From: an uncultured Acidobacteriota bacterium
GTDB taxonomy: Bacteria > Acidobacteriota > UBA6911
Reading direction: 5' to 3'
DNA: 64,000 bases
NCBI GenBank assembly: GCA_963809485.1
Contig: CAWEJX010000019.1
Coordinates: forward strand, 28,496-92,495
Shown here: positions 9,442-18,810 of the stretch, piece after piece
How the letters are laid out: each line of letters begins with the position of its first letter
Numbering within the stretch: the first letter of the stretch is position 1
Translations under genes and position numbers: made by a program
Notes under the pieces: model-generated
What the model was told of the DNA's origin: nothing
What the model saw: the letters and a program-made list of their open reading frames with translations, nothing else
The model's database searches: none

Positions 9442-10167
9442 ATGCCTGATGAAGAAACCCAGAAAAGCGAGGGAGTGGGACTCAATCGAAGAAGCTTCCT
9501 CAAGAGTGCGGGAGCGGCGGTCGCCGGCGGCACTGTTGGGTCCGGCCTGACGCTTGCGACGGGCATGGCCGTTGCAGCCGAAGCCGTCGCTTCAACCATC
9601 ACGAATTTTCGGTGCCCGATCGACGGCAAGGATTTCAATACCTTCGCCGCCCTGCAAAAGCATTTTGGCGAGGCGCACCCCGGCGCCGTAATCCCGGTGA
9701 CCACCAGGCTCAAGGTCAACGGAAAAGATTACGAAGTCCTGATCGAGCCGCACTGGACTCTGCAGCGCACGCTTCAGTTCAAGCTGGGTTTGACCGGCGC
9801 CAAGCAGATGTGCGACCGCGGCGTGTGCGGCTCCTGCACCGTCATCATCGACGGCAGGGCCGTATTGTCCTGCACCACGCTCGCCGTCGAGTGCGAAGGC
9901 AAATCGATCGAGACGGTCGAGGGCATAGCCGCCAATCCCAAGTGGAAGCCGCTCATTCAATCGTACTGCAAATGGGATGCCATGCAATGCGGTTATTGCA
10001 CGCCGGGCTTCGTAGTTTCGGCCAAAGCCCTCCTGGACAAGAATCCCAATCCGACCGAGAACGACTGCAAGCAGGCGCTCGCCGGCAACATCTGCTGTTG
10101 CGGAACTTACCCGAGGCACCCGACCGCCATCATGGAAGCGGCGCAGGTGATGAAGGGGGGCGCATAG
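9442..10167 (+). CDS. Tat-exported (2Fe-2S) subunit of a Mo-hydroxylase (PaoA-like) with an N-terminal C2H2-like finger
   Basis: NRRSFLK twin-arginine signal; CPID...HFGEAH; CDRGVCGSCTV, QCGYCTPG and NICCCG. Confidence 0.9.
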   Translation: MPDEETQKSEGVGLNRRSFLKSAGAAVAGGTVGSGLTLATGMAVAAEAVASTITNFRCPIDGKDFNTFAALQKHFGEAHPGAVIPVTTRLKVNGKDYEVLIEPHWTLQRTLQFKLGLTGAKQMCDRGVCGSCTVIIDGRAVLSCTTLAVECEGKSIETVEGIAANPKWKPLIQSYCKWDAMQCGYCTPGFVVSAKALLDKNPNPTENDCKQALAGNICCCGTYPRHPTAIMEAAQVMKGGA

Positions 10168-10168
10168 C

Positions 10169-12667
10169 ATGGCGGATTTGGCGGGAGTCAATGGACAAAG
10201 AGCAAAGTTTGACGTTGTGGGGAAGCCCAACCTTCCCGGCAGGCTTTCCTACTCGCTGGCCACCGGCAAAGCGAAATTCGGTGCGGACTATGTCATGGAC
10301 GACATGCTCCATGCCAAATTCCTCAGAAGCCCCTATGCCAATTCGATGGTCAAGAGCGTCGATGTTGCCGCGGCGAAAAAGATCAAGGGCGTCGTCGACG
10401 TGGTTACGTGGGAAGACGAGGACCTGAAGAATTTCGGCCGCCGCGGGGGAATGGGATCCGGCGCTCCGAAGAGCAAAACTGAGGGATCTGCCTCCGTGGC
10501 GTTCGGCCCTCCTGCCGCGGACCCCGGCTTGGGAGCTCAAGCCGGAACCGCCGCACCCAAGCCTGCTCCGAAAGCGAAGCCGGCCGGCGATGAAGGCGGC
10601 GGAATGATGATGTTTGGCGGACCCCAGGGCCCTTACGTCGACCAGATCGCCGATATGGAAGACGATGAAGTGGCGGTGATCATCGTTGCCGAAACCGAAG
10701 AACTCTGCGATGAAGCTTTGAAGGCCCTCAATCCGCAGTGGGAAGTACGCCCGCATGTTGTCGACATACTCGAAGGGAAAAAGCCCGATGCGCCGGTCAT
10801 CCGGGATAACCCGAGAGGCAAGGGCAACGTCACTGTTGCGAGCAACAACCGCGGGGATGTGGAAGCCGGTTTCAGGCAGGCGGATCAGATCATCGAATAT
10901 GACTTCAACATGCCCGCTTTCTCCGGCCACGTTCCCAATCCTTATGCATCGGTTGCTTATTGGTATGATGACCCTTTGCAGAGTTCTGAACAGCAGAGCC
11001 TGCATATTGAAGGGGCTGTCTGGACGGCATCCGGGGGAAAAGACGCCGTGGGACGAATGTACGGGCTTCCCTCTGAAAAAGTTAAGCAGGAAAGTCTCTT
11101 CCAGGGCGGCAAGTATTGTGATTGGGGCCTGCGGAAAGTGCAGGAAATCACGCCGCTGCTCGCCAAAAGGGCAGGAAGGCCGGTCCGCATGACCTTAGCC
11201 CGGAAAGAGATGTACGACTTCAATATGAACCAGCGCTTCACGCACATGAAGGTTGGTATCAAAAACAACGGTTTGATCACTGCAATAGAAGACTTTTCCA
11301 TCGCGGATGCCGGAGTCCCTCCCGTTTCGATGCTCGGTACTTCAGGCGACCAGGGTTACGGCCCCTATTTCACGACAAGATGCCTGAATATCAGGCAGAC
11401 GATGGAAGTCGTGAACAGCAACCGCGGGAAGATGTACACCAGCGGCCAGCATTGCCCTTTCAACTGGGACTCGCTGACCATGGCGATACATTTGATTGCT
11501 GATAAATTGGGAAAGGACCCGATCGAAATAGCGACACTGAACCTCCACGGACCCACCGATTACACGGATCCCAATCCCGTACCCAGTTTCCAGGCGTGCG
11601 TGGCGGAGGGGAAAAAACTGATGAACTGGGATTGGCATGCGGCCGGCGCGAAAAAGCTCCCCGACGGGAGATTGCACGGTGCAGGCTTCCGGTACCAGAT
11701 GTGTCCGCGGCACTCCTTCTCGGGATACACCTGCAAACTGGAGCTCAGGAATGGCAAGGTGCGTTTTCCTACTCAAGGCCCATGCACCGGCATCTATGCG
11801 GTTGAAGGAAACGCAATGGTCGTTGCCGAGGAACTGGGGATCAGATATGAAGACATCAGCATCGATTTCGATCCCATGGAGGTCTTTGCTCCCGTCGGCG
11901 GTGGAAGCGACGGAACGACTGCATCCGCCTGGGCGAACAAAGAATGCGCCAACATTCTAAAAAAGCGCATATTGGAAGCCGCTATTCAAAATGCCGACAA
12001 TCCTCCGGCCCCAAGCGGCTTCGGCGGTTTTGGCGGCGGGCAGTCCGCGCCCAGTCCGTTAAAGGGCTACAAACCCGAAGACCTGGACATGAAGGACGGC
12101 AATGTTTTTGTCAAGTCCGATCCGGGCAAAACGGTTCCGCTCGCCCGGGCTGTGGGGCAGGCTCATCTGTTTGCGACCTTCTCCGGCAGGCCTCCAACGG
12201 CTCTCTGGGCTACCGGCATGGGAAAATATCTCGATACCATGAACATCGCGATGTGCGAGGTTGCCGTCGACCCGGAAACCGGACTGGTGGAAATTATCCG
12301 GTTTGGAGTGGCGGCGGATCCCGGCAAAGTTATTCGCTTGACCTCACTCGAAAGCCAGATTGACCAGGTGATGGATTTCAGTGCCGGATGCCAGCTTCAG
12401 GAAGACTATTTCTATGACAGGGCGACGGGGGTGAAGCTCAACGCGAACATGCTCGACTATAAAAAGGTCGGCATGCTGGACATGCCTCCTGTCGACCGCA
12501 AGTTCCTGGAAACGCGCGCAGGTAATGCAGCTTACGGAGCTAACGGGATTAGCCACTCTCTGGCGAATACTCATCTGGTAATTTGCGCGATTCATAACGC
12601 CATCGGTAAGTGGGTCGATCCGCCGGCCACACCGGACAAGGTTCTCAAAGCGCTGGGCAAGGCATAA
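10169..12667 (+). CDS. Xanthine dehydrogenase family molybdopterin-binding subunit, divergent active site
   Basis: ATGKAKFGAD, LRSPYANS, QGGKYC, EVAVDPETG and NANMLDYK; C-terminal GANGISH instead of GAKGxGE. Confidence 0.9.
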   Translation: MADLAGVNGQRAKFDVVGKPNLPGRLSYSLATGKAKFGADYVMDDMLHAKFLRSPYANSMVKSVDVAAAKKIKGVVDVVTWEDEDLKNFGRRGGMGSGAPKSKTEGSASVAFGPPAADPGLGAQAGTAAPKPAPKAKPAGDEGGGMMMFGGPQGPYVDQIADMEDDEVAVIIVAETEELCDEALKALNPQWEVRPHVVDILEGKKPDAPVIRDNPRGKGNVTVASNNRGDVEAGFRQADQIIEYDFNMPAFSGHVPNPYASVAYWYDDPLQSSEQQSLHIEGAVWTASGGKDAVGRMYGLPSEKVKQESLFQGGKYCDWGLRKVQEITPLLAKRAGRPVRMTLARKEMYDFNMNQRFTHMKVGIKNNGLITAIEDFSIADAGVPPVSMLGTSGDQGYGPYFTTRCLNIRQTMEVVNSNRGKMYTSGQHCPFNWDSLTMAIHLIADKLGKDPIEIATLNLHGPTDYTDPNPVPSFQACVAEGKKLMNWDWHAAGAKKLPDGRLHGAGFRYQMCPRHSFSGYTCKLELRNGKVRFPTQGPCTGIYAVEGNAMVVAEELGIRYEDISIDFDPMEVFAPVGGGSDGTTASAWANKECANILKKRILEAAIQNADNPPAPSGFGGFGGGQSAPSPLKGYKPEDLDMKDGNVFVKSDPGKTVPLARAVGQAHLFATFSGRPPTALWATGMGKYLDTMNIAMCEVAVDPETGLVEIIRFGVAADPGKVIRLTSLESQIDQVMDFSAGCQLQEDYFYDRATGVKLNANMLDYKKVGMLDMPPVDRKFLETRAGNAAYGANGISHSLANTHLVICAIHNAIGKWVDPPATPDKVLKALGKA

Positions 12668-13420
12668 AAGAGAGTTTCCAGTTCAGAGTTTCCAGTTCCC
12701 GGTTGGATGTTTTAGGAGCCGGGAACTGAAAGCTAGGAACTCATAAAGCTTTGGGCAAGGAATAAAATAGAGTTCCCGGTTCCCGGCTGGGTGTTTTAAC
12801 TGGGAACTGGGAACTGGAAACTGGGAACTCATAAAGCGCTGGGCAAGGCATAAAAGAGAGTTTCCAGTTCAGAGTTTCCAGTTCCCGGCTGGGTGTTTTA
12901 ACTGGGAACTGGGAACTGGAAACTGGGAACTCATAAAGCGCTGGGCAAGGCATAAAAGAGAGTTTCCAGTTCAGAGTTTCCAGTTCCCGGCTGGGTGTTT
13001 TAACTGGGAACTGGGAACTGGAAACTGGGAACTCATAAAGCGCTGGGCAAGGCATAAAAGAGAGTTTCCAGTTCAGAGTTTCCAGTTCCCGGCTGGATGT
13101 TTTAGGAACTGGGGACTGGAAACTAGGAACTCATAAAGCGCTGGGCAAGGCATAAAATAGAGTTTCCGGTTCCCGGCTGGGTGTTTTAACTGGGAACTGG
13201 GAACTGGAAACTGGGAACTCATAAAGCGCTGGGCAAGGCATAAAAGAGAGTTTCCAGTTCAGAGTTTCCAGTTCCCGGCTGGGTGTTTTGAACTGGGAAC
13301 TGGAAACTGGGAACTCATAAAGCGCTGGGCAAGGCATAAAAGAGAGTTTCCAGTTCAGAGTTTCCGGTTCCCGGCTGGGTGTTTTAACTGGGAACTGGGA
13401 ACTGGAAACTGGGAACTCAT
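12647..13420. repeat. Tandem array of 8 units (98, 88, 102, 102, 98, 88, 96, 102 bp), each made of the gene 3' end plus a heptamer-based imperfect palindrome
   Basis: AAAGC(G/T)(C/T)TGGGCAAGG(C/A)ATAA starts at 12647, 12745, 12833, 12935, 13037, 13135, 13223 and 13319, each followed by AGTTTCC/AGTTCCC...GGGAACT/GGAAACT. Confidence 0.95.
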
Positions 13421-13432
13421 AGGAGAGATGAG

Positions 13433-14383
13433 ATGAAAGCATTCAACCATACGAACGCAAAGACCCTGGCGGAAGCCAGAACCGCCCTCGCCGGCGGCAA
13501 AGCCAACCTGATTGCCGGCGGCACTGATCTGATCGGTACGCTCAAGGACAACATCCTTCCCGCCTACCCCGCTACCCTGGTCAACATCAAGACCATCGTC
13601 CCTGGGCTCGACTACATCAAGGAGGAGGCGGGCATGCTCAAGGTCGGCGCCACCACGCGCCTGGCCGACATCGCCTCCAGTCCCGTCGTCAATCAAAAGT
13701 ACACAGCCCTCGCCCAGGCAGCTTCAAGGGTGGGCACGCCGCATGTCCGGGACATGGCCACCATCGGCGGCAACATCGCCCAATTGCACCGCTGCTGGTA
13801 TTTCCGCAAGCCGGAGAACCGGTTCAACTGCATCCGCAAGGGCGGGACCACCTGCTTTGCCATGACGGGCGACAACCGATACCACTCGATCTTCGGCAAC
13901 GTCAACCGCTGCATCGCCGTCCATCCCAGCGACGTGGCCCCCGCGCTCATCGCTCTGGACGCGAAAGTGGTCACCAACAAGCGCACGATCGATGCGGAGA
14001 ATTTCTTTGACGTCAAGTTCCCGGGCAACACGGTCCTGGCCGTCGATGAGATCGTCACCGAGATCCGCGTCCCGGCTCCCCCGGCCGGAGCGAAGAGCGC
14101 CTTTATCAAGTTCGCCATCCGCAAGTCGATCGATTTCCCGATCGTCAACTGCGCCGTGAGGGTGGGCGGCGCGACGCCGCGCATCTGCCTCAACGCGGTC
14201 GCGCCCAAGCCCTACCGCGCGCTCAAGGCGGAGGCGGCCATCGCGGGTAAGCCCATCAATGAGGCGAATGCGGAGGCGGCGGGCGCGGCGGCCGTGGAAG
14301 ACGCCAAACCGCTTCAGGCGACCAAGTACAAAGTCCAGCTGGCCAAAGTCATGGTCAAACGGGCCCTTCTGGCAACCGTCTGA
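13433..14383 (+). CDS. FAD-binding subunit with [4Fe-4S] loop (PaoB/HcrB-type)
   Basis: IAGGTDL; ATIGGN...RCWYFR...CIRKGGTTC...RCIAVHPSD four-Cys insertion. Confidence 0.92.
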   Translation: MKAFNHTNAKTLAEARTALAGGKANLIAGGTDLIGTLKDNILPAYPATLVNIKTIVPGLDYIKEEAGMLKVGATTRLADIASSPVVNQKYTALAQAASRVGTPHVRDMATIGGNIAQLHRCWYFRKPENRFNCIRKGGTTCFAMTGDNRYHSIFGNVNRCIAVHPSDVAPALIALDAKVVTNKRTIDAENFFDVKFPGNTVLAVDEIVTEIRVPAPPAGAKSAFIKFAIRKSIDFPIVNCAVRVGGATPRICLNAVAPKPYRALKAEAAIAGKPINEANAEAAGAAAVEDAKPLQATKYKVQLAKVMVKRALLATV

Positions 14384-14384
14384 T

Positions 14385-14440
14385 CTGAGATTCCTGATTC
14401 GAGATTCGAGGTTGGCATCATTCAATCTCGAATCTCGAAC
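14385..14440. repeat. Short heptamer inverted repeat (GAGATTC/GAATCTC)
   Basis: TTCGAGATTCGAG...CTCGAATCTCGAA immediately after the stop codon. Confidence 0.55.
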
Positions 14441-14528
14441 GGTAACTGTCCATTTAGCCTGCAATACTCTCCCCGCATATCTGATCCCACGCAAAATATT
14501 CAGCTCTTGGCCTACGCCGTAAATTTTC

Positions 14529-14650
14529 GTGAGAACCGCTCTCCAGAGCGGTTCGATTCGGGGACTATCAAGTTATACCCCAATCGGACCGGTCTGGAGA
14601 CCGGTCCTCACGATTTAGCATTACAGGACGGGTTTGGAGACCCGCCCTAA
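14529..14650. repeat. REP-like cluster of three palindromes
   Basis: GTGAGAACCGCTCTCCAGAGCGGTTC (14529-14554), inverted partner GGACCGGTCTGGAGACCGGTCCTCAC (14586-14611) and GGACGGGTTTGGAGACCCGCCCTAA (14626-14650). Confidence 0.65.
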
Positions 14651-14793
14651 GTAAAAGCCAAATCCACTAAATGCGCATCCATTCGGGGCTTCTTTCAGCT
14701 TTCCTTTGAAGTGCGGCTGGTGGATATTTTTCTGTTCTGATACCATTCCAGACGATGTCGCCGAAGACGGCGTGCCCGGAGGGTATAGTGGGG

Positions 14794-16071
14794 ATGGATG
14801 CCCCGGCAAAAGGCCTGACCGATGCACCGAATTGGGCGGAAGCGCTGGGCAATTCATTGGGCATTGCGCTGCGAACCCTCTGGGCTCATAAGCTGCGTTC
14901 GATCCTCACGGTTTTGGGCATTGTCATCGGAATCGCGGCGGTTGTCCTGATTGGGGCGACATTGGGGGTTGTCCGGGATTTAGCGGCCGAAAGCACCGCT
15001 CGGACAATCGGCGCGGACACATTTATCATTGCCCAGGTGGCGTCTGTGGGCAACCTCAGCCGCAAAGAGCTTTCGGATAAGCTGCGCAAAAATCCCGAAA
15101 TTTACCGCCGGGAGGCAGAGGCGCTGGCCGCGCGCGTGAATGCCGGCACTCTCTTGGCGTCCGGCCTGGAGGAAATCGCCGATGTCAAGGCCGGAAACGA
15201 TACTTTCCTGGCCGCATCGATCGCCGGCGTCACGGAAAACATCCAGGCCATCCGCAATCTCGCGCTCAGCGGCGGCCGCTTCTTCACGGAAACCGAGAAC
15301 AGGCGGTCGCTCAGGGTTGCGGTGATAGGGCAGGATCTGGTCAAGGAACTCTTCCCGTCCACGGATCCCATCGGCAAACGCATCCGGATCAGGGGGCAGT
15401 CCTTTCTGGTGATAGGCATTCTGGAGAAACAGGGCTCGGCCTTCGGCTCGTCCCTCGACCGGCTTGTCTATATTCCCTTGCTCGCATTTGAAAAAATCTG
15501 GGGCAGCCGGCGTTCGGTGACAATTTATGTGAAGCGGGACGCGCCGGCCTTGCTTGACGAAGTCCAGGAGCAGGTGCGCGTTTCCATGCGTACTCTTCGC
15601 CGCCTGAAACCCGATGAGCCCGACAACTTCGATGTACTGGCTCCCGAGGCCGGCCGCAGCTTCCTGGTCCGCGTCATCGGAATAGTCTCCATGGCCATCG
15701 TGCCGATCAGTTCCGTAGCCCTGATTGTTGCCGGCATTGTCGTAATGAACATGATGCTTGTTTCCGTGACGGAACGGACAAGAGAGATCGGGATCCGCAA
15801 ATGTCTGGGGGCCAGGAGCCGCGATATCCTGGCTGAGATCCTGTTTGAGTCCACCATCCTGAGCTTTCTTGGCGGCGCCGCGGGCCTTTTCATCTCCTAT
15901 CTTGGAACCATCGGATTGAGCCGCGCCTTCGCCACCGGGGTGGATATTCCCCTGAGCTACACGCTGATGGCTATGGGCACCGCCATCACAATCGGGCTCG
16001 GCGCCGGTTTTTATCCGGCATACCTTGCTTCCCGGATGCCTCCGGTCGAAGCTCTTCGATACGAGACATGA
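14794..16071 (+). CDS. ABC transporter permease, MacB/FtsX family
   Basis: LRSILTVLGIVIG, GGRFF, MNMMLVSVTERTREIGIRK; start may be 14755. Confidence 0.93.
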   Translation: MDAPAKGLTDAPNWAEALGNSLGIALRTLWAHKLRSILTVLGIVIGIAAVVLIGATLGVVRDLAAESTARTIGADTFIIAQVASVGNLSRKELSDKLRKNPEIYRREAEALAARVNAGTLLASGLEEIADVKAGNDTFLAASIAGVTENIQAIRNLALSGGRFFTETENRRSLRVAVIGQDLVKELFPSTDPIGKRIRIRGQSFLVIGILEKQGSAFGSSLDRLVYIPLLAFEKIWGSRRSVTIYVKRDAPALLDEVQEQVRVSMRTLRRLKPDEPDNFDVLAPEAGRSFLVRVIGIVSMAIVPISSVALIVAGIVVMNMMLVSVTERTREIGIRKCLGARSRDILAEILFESTILSFLGGAAGLFISYLGTIGLSRAFATGVDIPLSYTLMAMGTAITIGLGAGFYPAYLASRMPPVEALRYET

Positions 16072-17327
16072 AACAGATCCACTTCAAAAGGGAGAATCTG
16101 AGCTTCGCTTTGGCGAATATCATGGCGCACAGGTTCCGTTCGCTTCTGACGGTGCTCGGGATCATCGTGGGCATCGTTACAGTCGTGCTGGTGGCTTCGG
16201 TTTTGGTCGGAGTGCGGCGCAATATTGCCCTCTTATTCCAGGAGTTCGGGCCGAATAACATATTTGCCTATCATTTGAATGGTGATCCCGGCAGTCCCAC
16301 AATCCGCCCCGAAGAAATAACCCGCAAGCCTTTGAAGGCGGAATTCGCGCACAAACTTGCGGAGGCATGCCCATCTTTGAAGGATGCGGCTGCGCAGATC
16401 CTCGTTCCGAACCTCGCGAATGGCCGGGCTCTGACGGCACGATACAAGGACCTGGAAAATGAAAACATCCAGGTGCAGGGCGCTACCTGGAACTTTTCCC
16501 GGGTAACCAATGCTGAGTTGCAGTCAGGCAGAGTCTATACGCTCGAGGAAGAGCAGCGTCGCGCCAAAGTCTGTGTTTTGGGCGCCAACGTCAGCGCCTC
16601 CCTTTTCCCGGGGGGGAATGCCGTCGGACACAGTATTGTCATGGATGGGGCCGTCTACCGCGTGCTGGGTGTTTTTGAAAAGCGCAAGGGCGGTTTCTTC
16701 GGCGAGAACAGGCAGGATAATGTGGTCATGATCCCCCTCAAAACCATTCAAATGCGCTATCCCAATGCCGAAACGGTAGTGTTGTACTGCCAGGCAAGTC
16801 CGGGCCTGCGCGACGTTGCGCTGTATGAGGTTGAAGCGGAACTGCGCAGATTGCGCGGCCTCAAATCGGGGGAGGAGACGAATTTTACCTTGAGCACTTC
16901 CGATTCGATTATTCAGCAGATAAACCGCATCACGGGATTGATACAAACAGGCACGCTGGCAATATCGGGCCTCGGACTGCTGGTGGGCGGCGTGGGCGTT
17001 ATGAACATAATGCTTATGTCGGTGACGCAGCGCACGCGGGAGATCGGTGTGCGCAGAGCCGTCGGGGCGCGCCGGCGGGATATCATCTGGCAGTTCCTTC
17101 TTGAAGCGGCGCTGCTGACCACCATCGGCGGTGCAATGGGGGTTTCCATGGCAGGACTTCTGGGACTTGTCCTGGCCTATTTTGTTCCCAACCTGCCGGC
17201 AATCCCGCCGGCCTGGGCGGTTTTCTCCGGCCTGGGTGTTTCGACAGGGGTCGGAATCGTCTTCGGACTCTGGCCCGCGGTCAAAGCCGCGCGTCTGGAC
17301 CCCGTGGAGTCGCTCCGCTACGAGTAG
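16068..17327 (+). CDS. ABC transporter permease, MacB/FtsX family
   Basis: RSLLTVLGIIVG, GVMNIMLMSVTQRTREIGVRRAVGA, LDPVESLRYE; ATGA overlap with the previous gene. Confidence 0.93.
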   Translation: MKQIHFKRENLSFALANIMAHRFRSLLTVLGIIVGIVTVVLVASVLVGVRRNIALLFQEFGPNNIFAYHLNGDPGSPTIRPEEITRKPLKAEFAHKLAEACPSLKDAAAQILVPNLANGRALTARYKDLENENIQVQGATWNFSRVTNAELQSGRVYTLEEEQRRAKVCVLGANVSASLFPGGNAVGHSIVMDGAVYRVLGVFEKRKGGFFGENRQDNVVMIPLKTIQMRYPNAETVVLYCQASPGLRDVALYEVEAELRRLRGLKSGEETNFTLSTSDSIIQQINRITGLIQTGTLAISGLGLLVGGVGVMNIMLMSVTQRTREIGVRRAVGARRRDIIWQFLLEAALLTTIGGAMGVSMAGLLGLVLAYFVPNLPAIPPAWAVFSGLGVSTGVGIVFGLWPAVKAARLDPVESLRYE

Positions 17328-17465
17328 CGAGCCCGCTGCCGTTGGGTTTCGCAAAATACTTCAATACATCGGTGAGTCCTCCGGCTATTATCTTGCTGTT
17401 ACCTCATGTGAGATTGTGGCTTTCAAGATAGATCGGGTTAGCATTTATATATTGTTTGGAACTCG

Positions 17466-18683
17466 ATGGCAGGTAGTTTGACAATAAAAAAATTTTGGGC
17501 TCAGCATGATAAAGCGCTGCTGCGCGCTGCAATCTCAATAATGCTGGTCGCTTCATTGGTGTGGCTGGGCTATGAATTCTGGCGGCTCTGGCAGCCGGCT
17601 TTGAAAGGCGGGGTAGACCTGAGGCTTCTCCATGGATTTACCCGCGACTGGTTTGCCGGCAGGCCTATATACAGCGAATCGCATAGTGCGGTTTATCCGC
17701 CCGCCACCTACGCCATTCTCTGGTCTATGCTGGGCTGGACGACGTTGCCGGTTGCCAAATTTCTCTATGCCGCGTCCGCGCTTTTCACTCTGGCATTGTG
17801 CATGAGTCTTGTAGTCCGGGAGTGCCGTGCGGAGGGATTTCTTCAGAGAACTTTCACCGCCCTAATCCCCGCCTCCATGTACGCTGCAGGAGCGGCCATC
17901 GGCAATGGGCAGTTTACCATTCATGTTATTGCCCTGCTTATAGCAGGCTTGCTTCTGGCGGCGAGAGAACAGCGGGGGTTGCGTTTTTATCTTTTCGCAC
18001 CGGCGCTCGTGTTGATGGCTTTTGTCAAACCCAACATCGCGGGATACTTTTTCTGGATTCTGCTGTTTGTCCCCCGTTCCCCGCTGCCGGCTTTGTTTGT
18101 CGCAGCGGGATATGCTTCCCTCACTATTTTTGCAGCGGTATTCCAGAGATCCGATTTTGTGTCGCTGATTCGTGATCTGCTTGTTCGCGGTTCGTTTGTC
18201 GGCATCCGCGGCAGCGAAACGGGCAATGTGGCAAACCTCCATATCTGGCTTAACCGAATCGGCCTGGCGGAATGGAATCTACCGATAACCCTGGCAGTGC
18301 TGACGGCTCTCGGATTCTGGATTTACCGTCACCGCCGTGTAGAGCCATGGGTCCTGCTGGGAGTGACTGCCTATATTGCCCGGATGACGGCCTATCATCG
18401 CTGGTATGACGACATGCTGATTTTGCTGCCGATGGTCGCCCTTTTTCTCATAGCCAGGGAGCGGTCGGCCGAATCCAGCGCCGGTATCGTTGCCGGGACC
18501 TTGCTGGCCGCTACGATGCTCGCATCCCTGGCTCCCGGGGGCCTGTTCCTTTTCCCTGCACCATGGAATTCTTTTTATGTGGCGGGGCAGGTGGTGGTGT
18601 GGATCGCGGGACTGATTTTTCTGCTCCGGCAGGCATGCGTTGAAAGGAAACGTATCATCGAAGTCGATTTGCCGAAATATTGA
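17466..18683 (+). CDS. Membrane glycosyltransferase, GT87/DUF2029-like
   Basis: Polytopic; VYPP, GNGQ, KP and HRWYD motifs. Confidence 0.7.
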   Translation: MAGSLTIKKFWAQHDKALLRAAISIMLVASLVWLGYEFWRLWQPALKGGVDLRLLHGFTRDWFAGRPIYSESHSAVYPPATYAILWSMLGWTTLPVAKFLYAASALFTLALCMSLVVRECRAEGFLQRTFTALIPASMYAAGAAIGNGQFTIHVIALLIAGLLLAAREQRGLRFYLFAPALVLMAFVKPNIAGYFFWILLFVPRSPLPALFVAAGYASLTIFAAVFQRSDFVSLIRDLLVRGSFVGIRGSETGNVANLHIWLNRIGLAEWNLPITLAVLTALGFWIYRHRRVEPWVLLGVTAYIARMTAYHRWYDDMLILLPMVALFLIARERSAESSAGIVAGTLLAATMLASLAPGGLFLFPAPWNSFYVAGQVVVWIAGLIFLLRQACVERKRIIEVDLPKY

Positions 18684-18734
18684 ATATCGAACTGCAGAAG
18701 GCTTCGAAATTCGTCATTCGATATTCTGCGGTTC
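18682..18734. repeat. REP-like palindromic repeat, same family as 32859-33043
   Basis: GAATATCGAA...CTTCGAAATTCGTCATTCGATATTCTGCGGTTC matches in reverse GAACCGAAGAATATTGAATGACGAATTTCGAA at 32858. Confidence 0.6.
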
Positions 18735-18810
18735 AAAAAGCCGGGAAGAGAATTGTTGCACAGGAAACTGCTTTTATGAGGGCCAGGCCAAATACAGGGG
18801 ATGGGCATTC

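Noticed and set aside
12647-13420. CRISPR array
   Set aside because: Units are near-identical end to end with no unique spacers, and no cas genes are nearby
12741-13442. Repeat-protein ORFs (MPCPALYEFPVSSSQ...) on the minus strand
   Set aside because: By-products of the DNA tandem array; frames break between units; antisense to the operon
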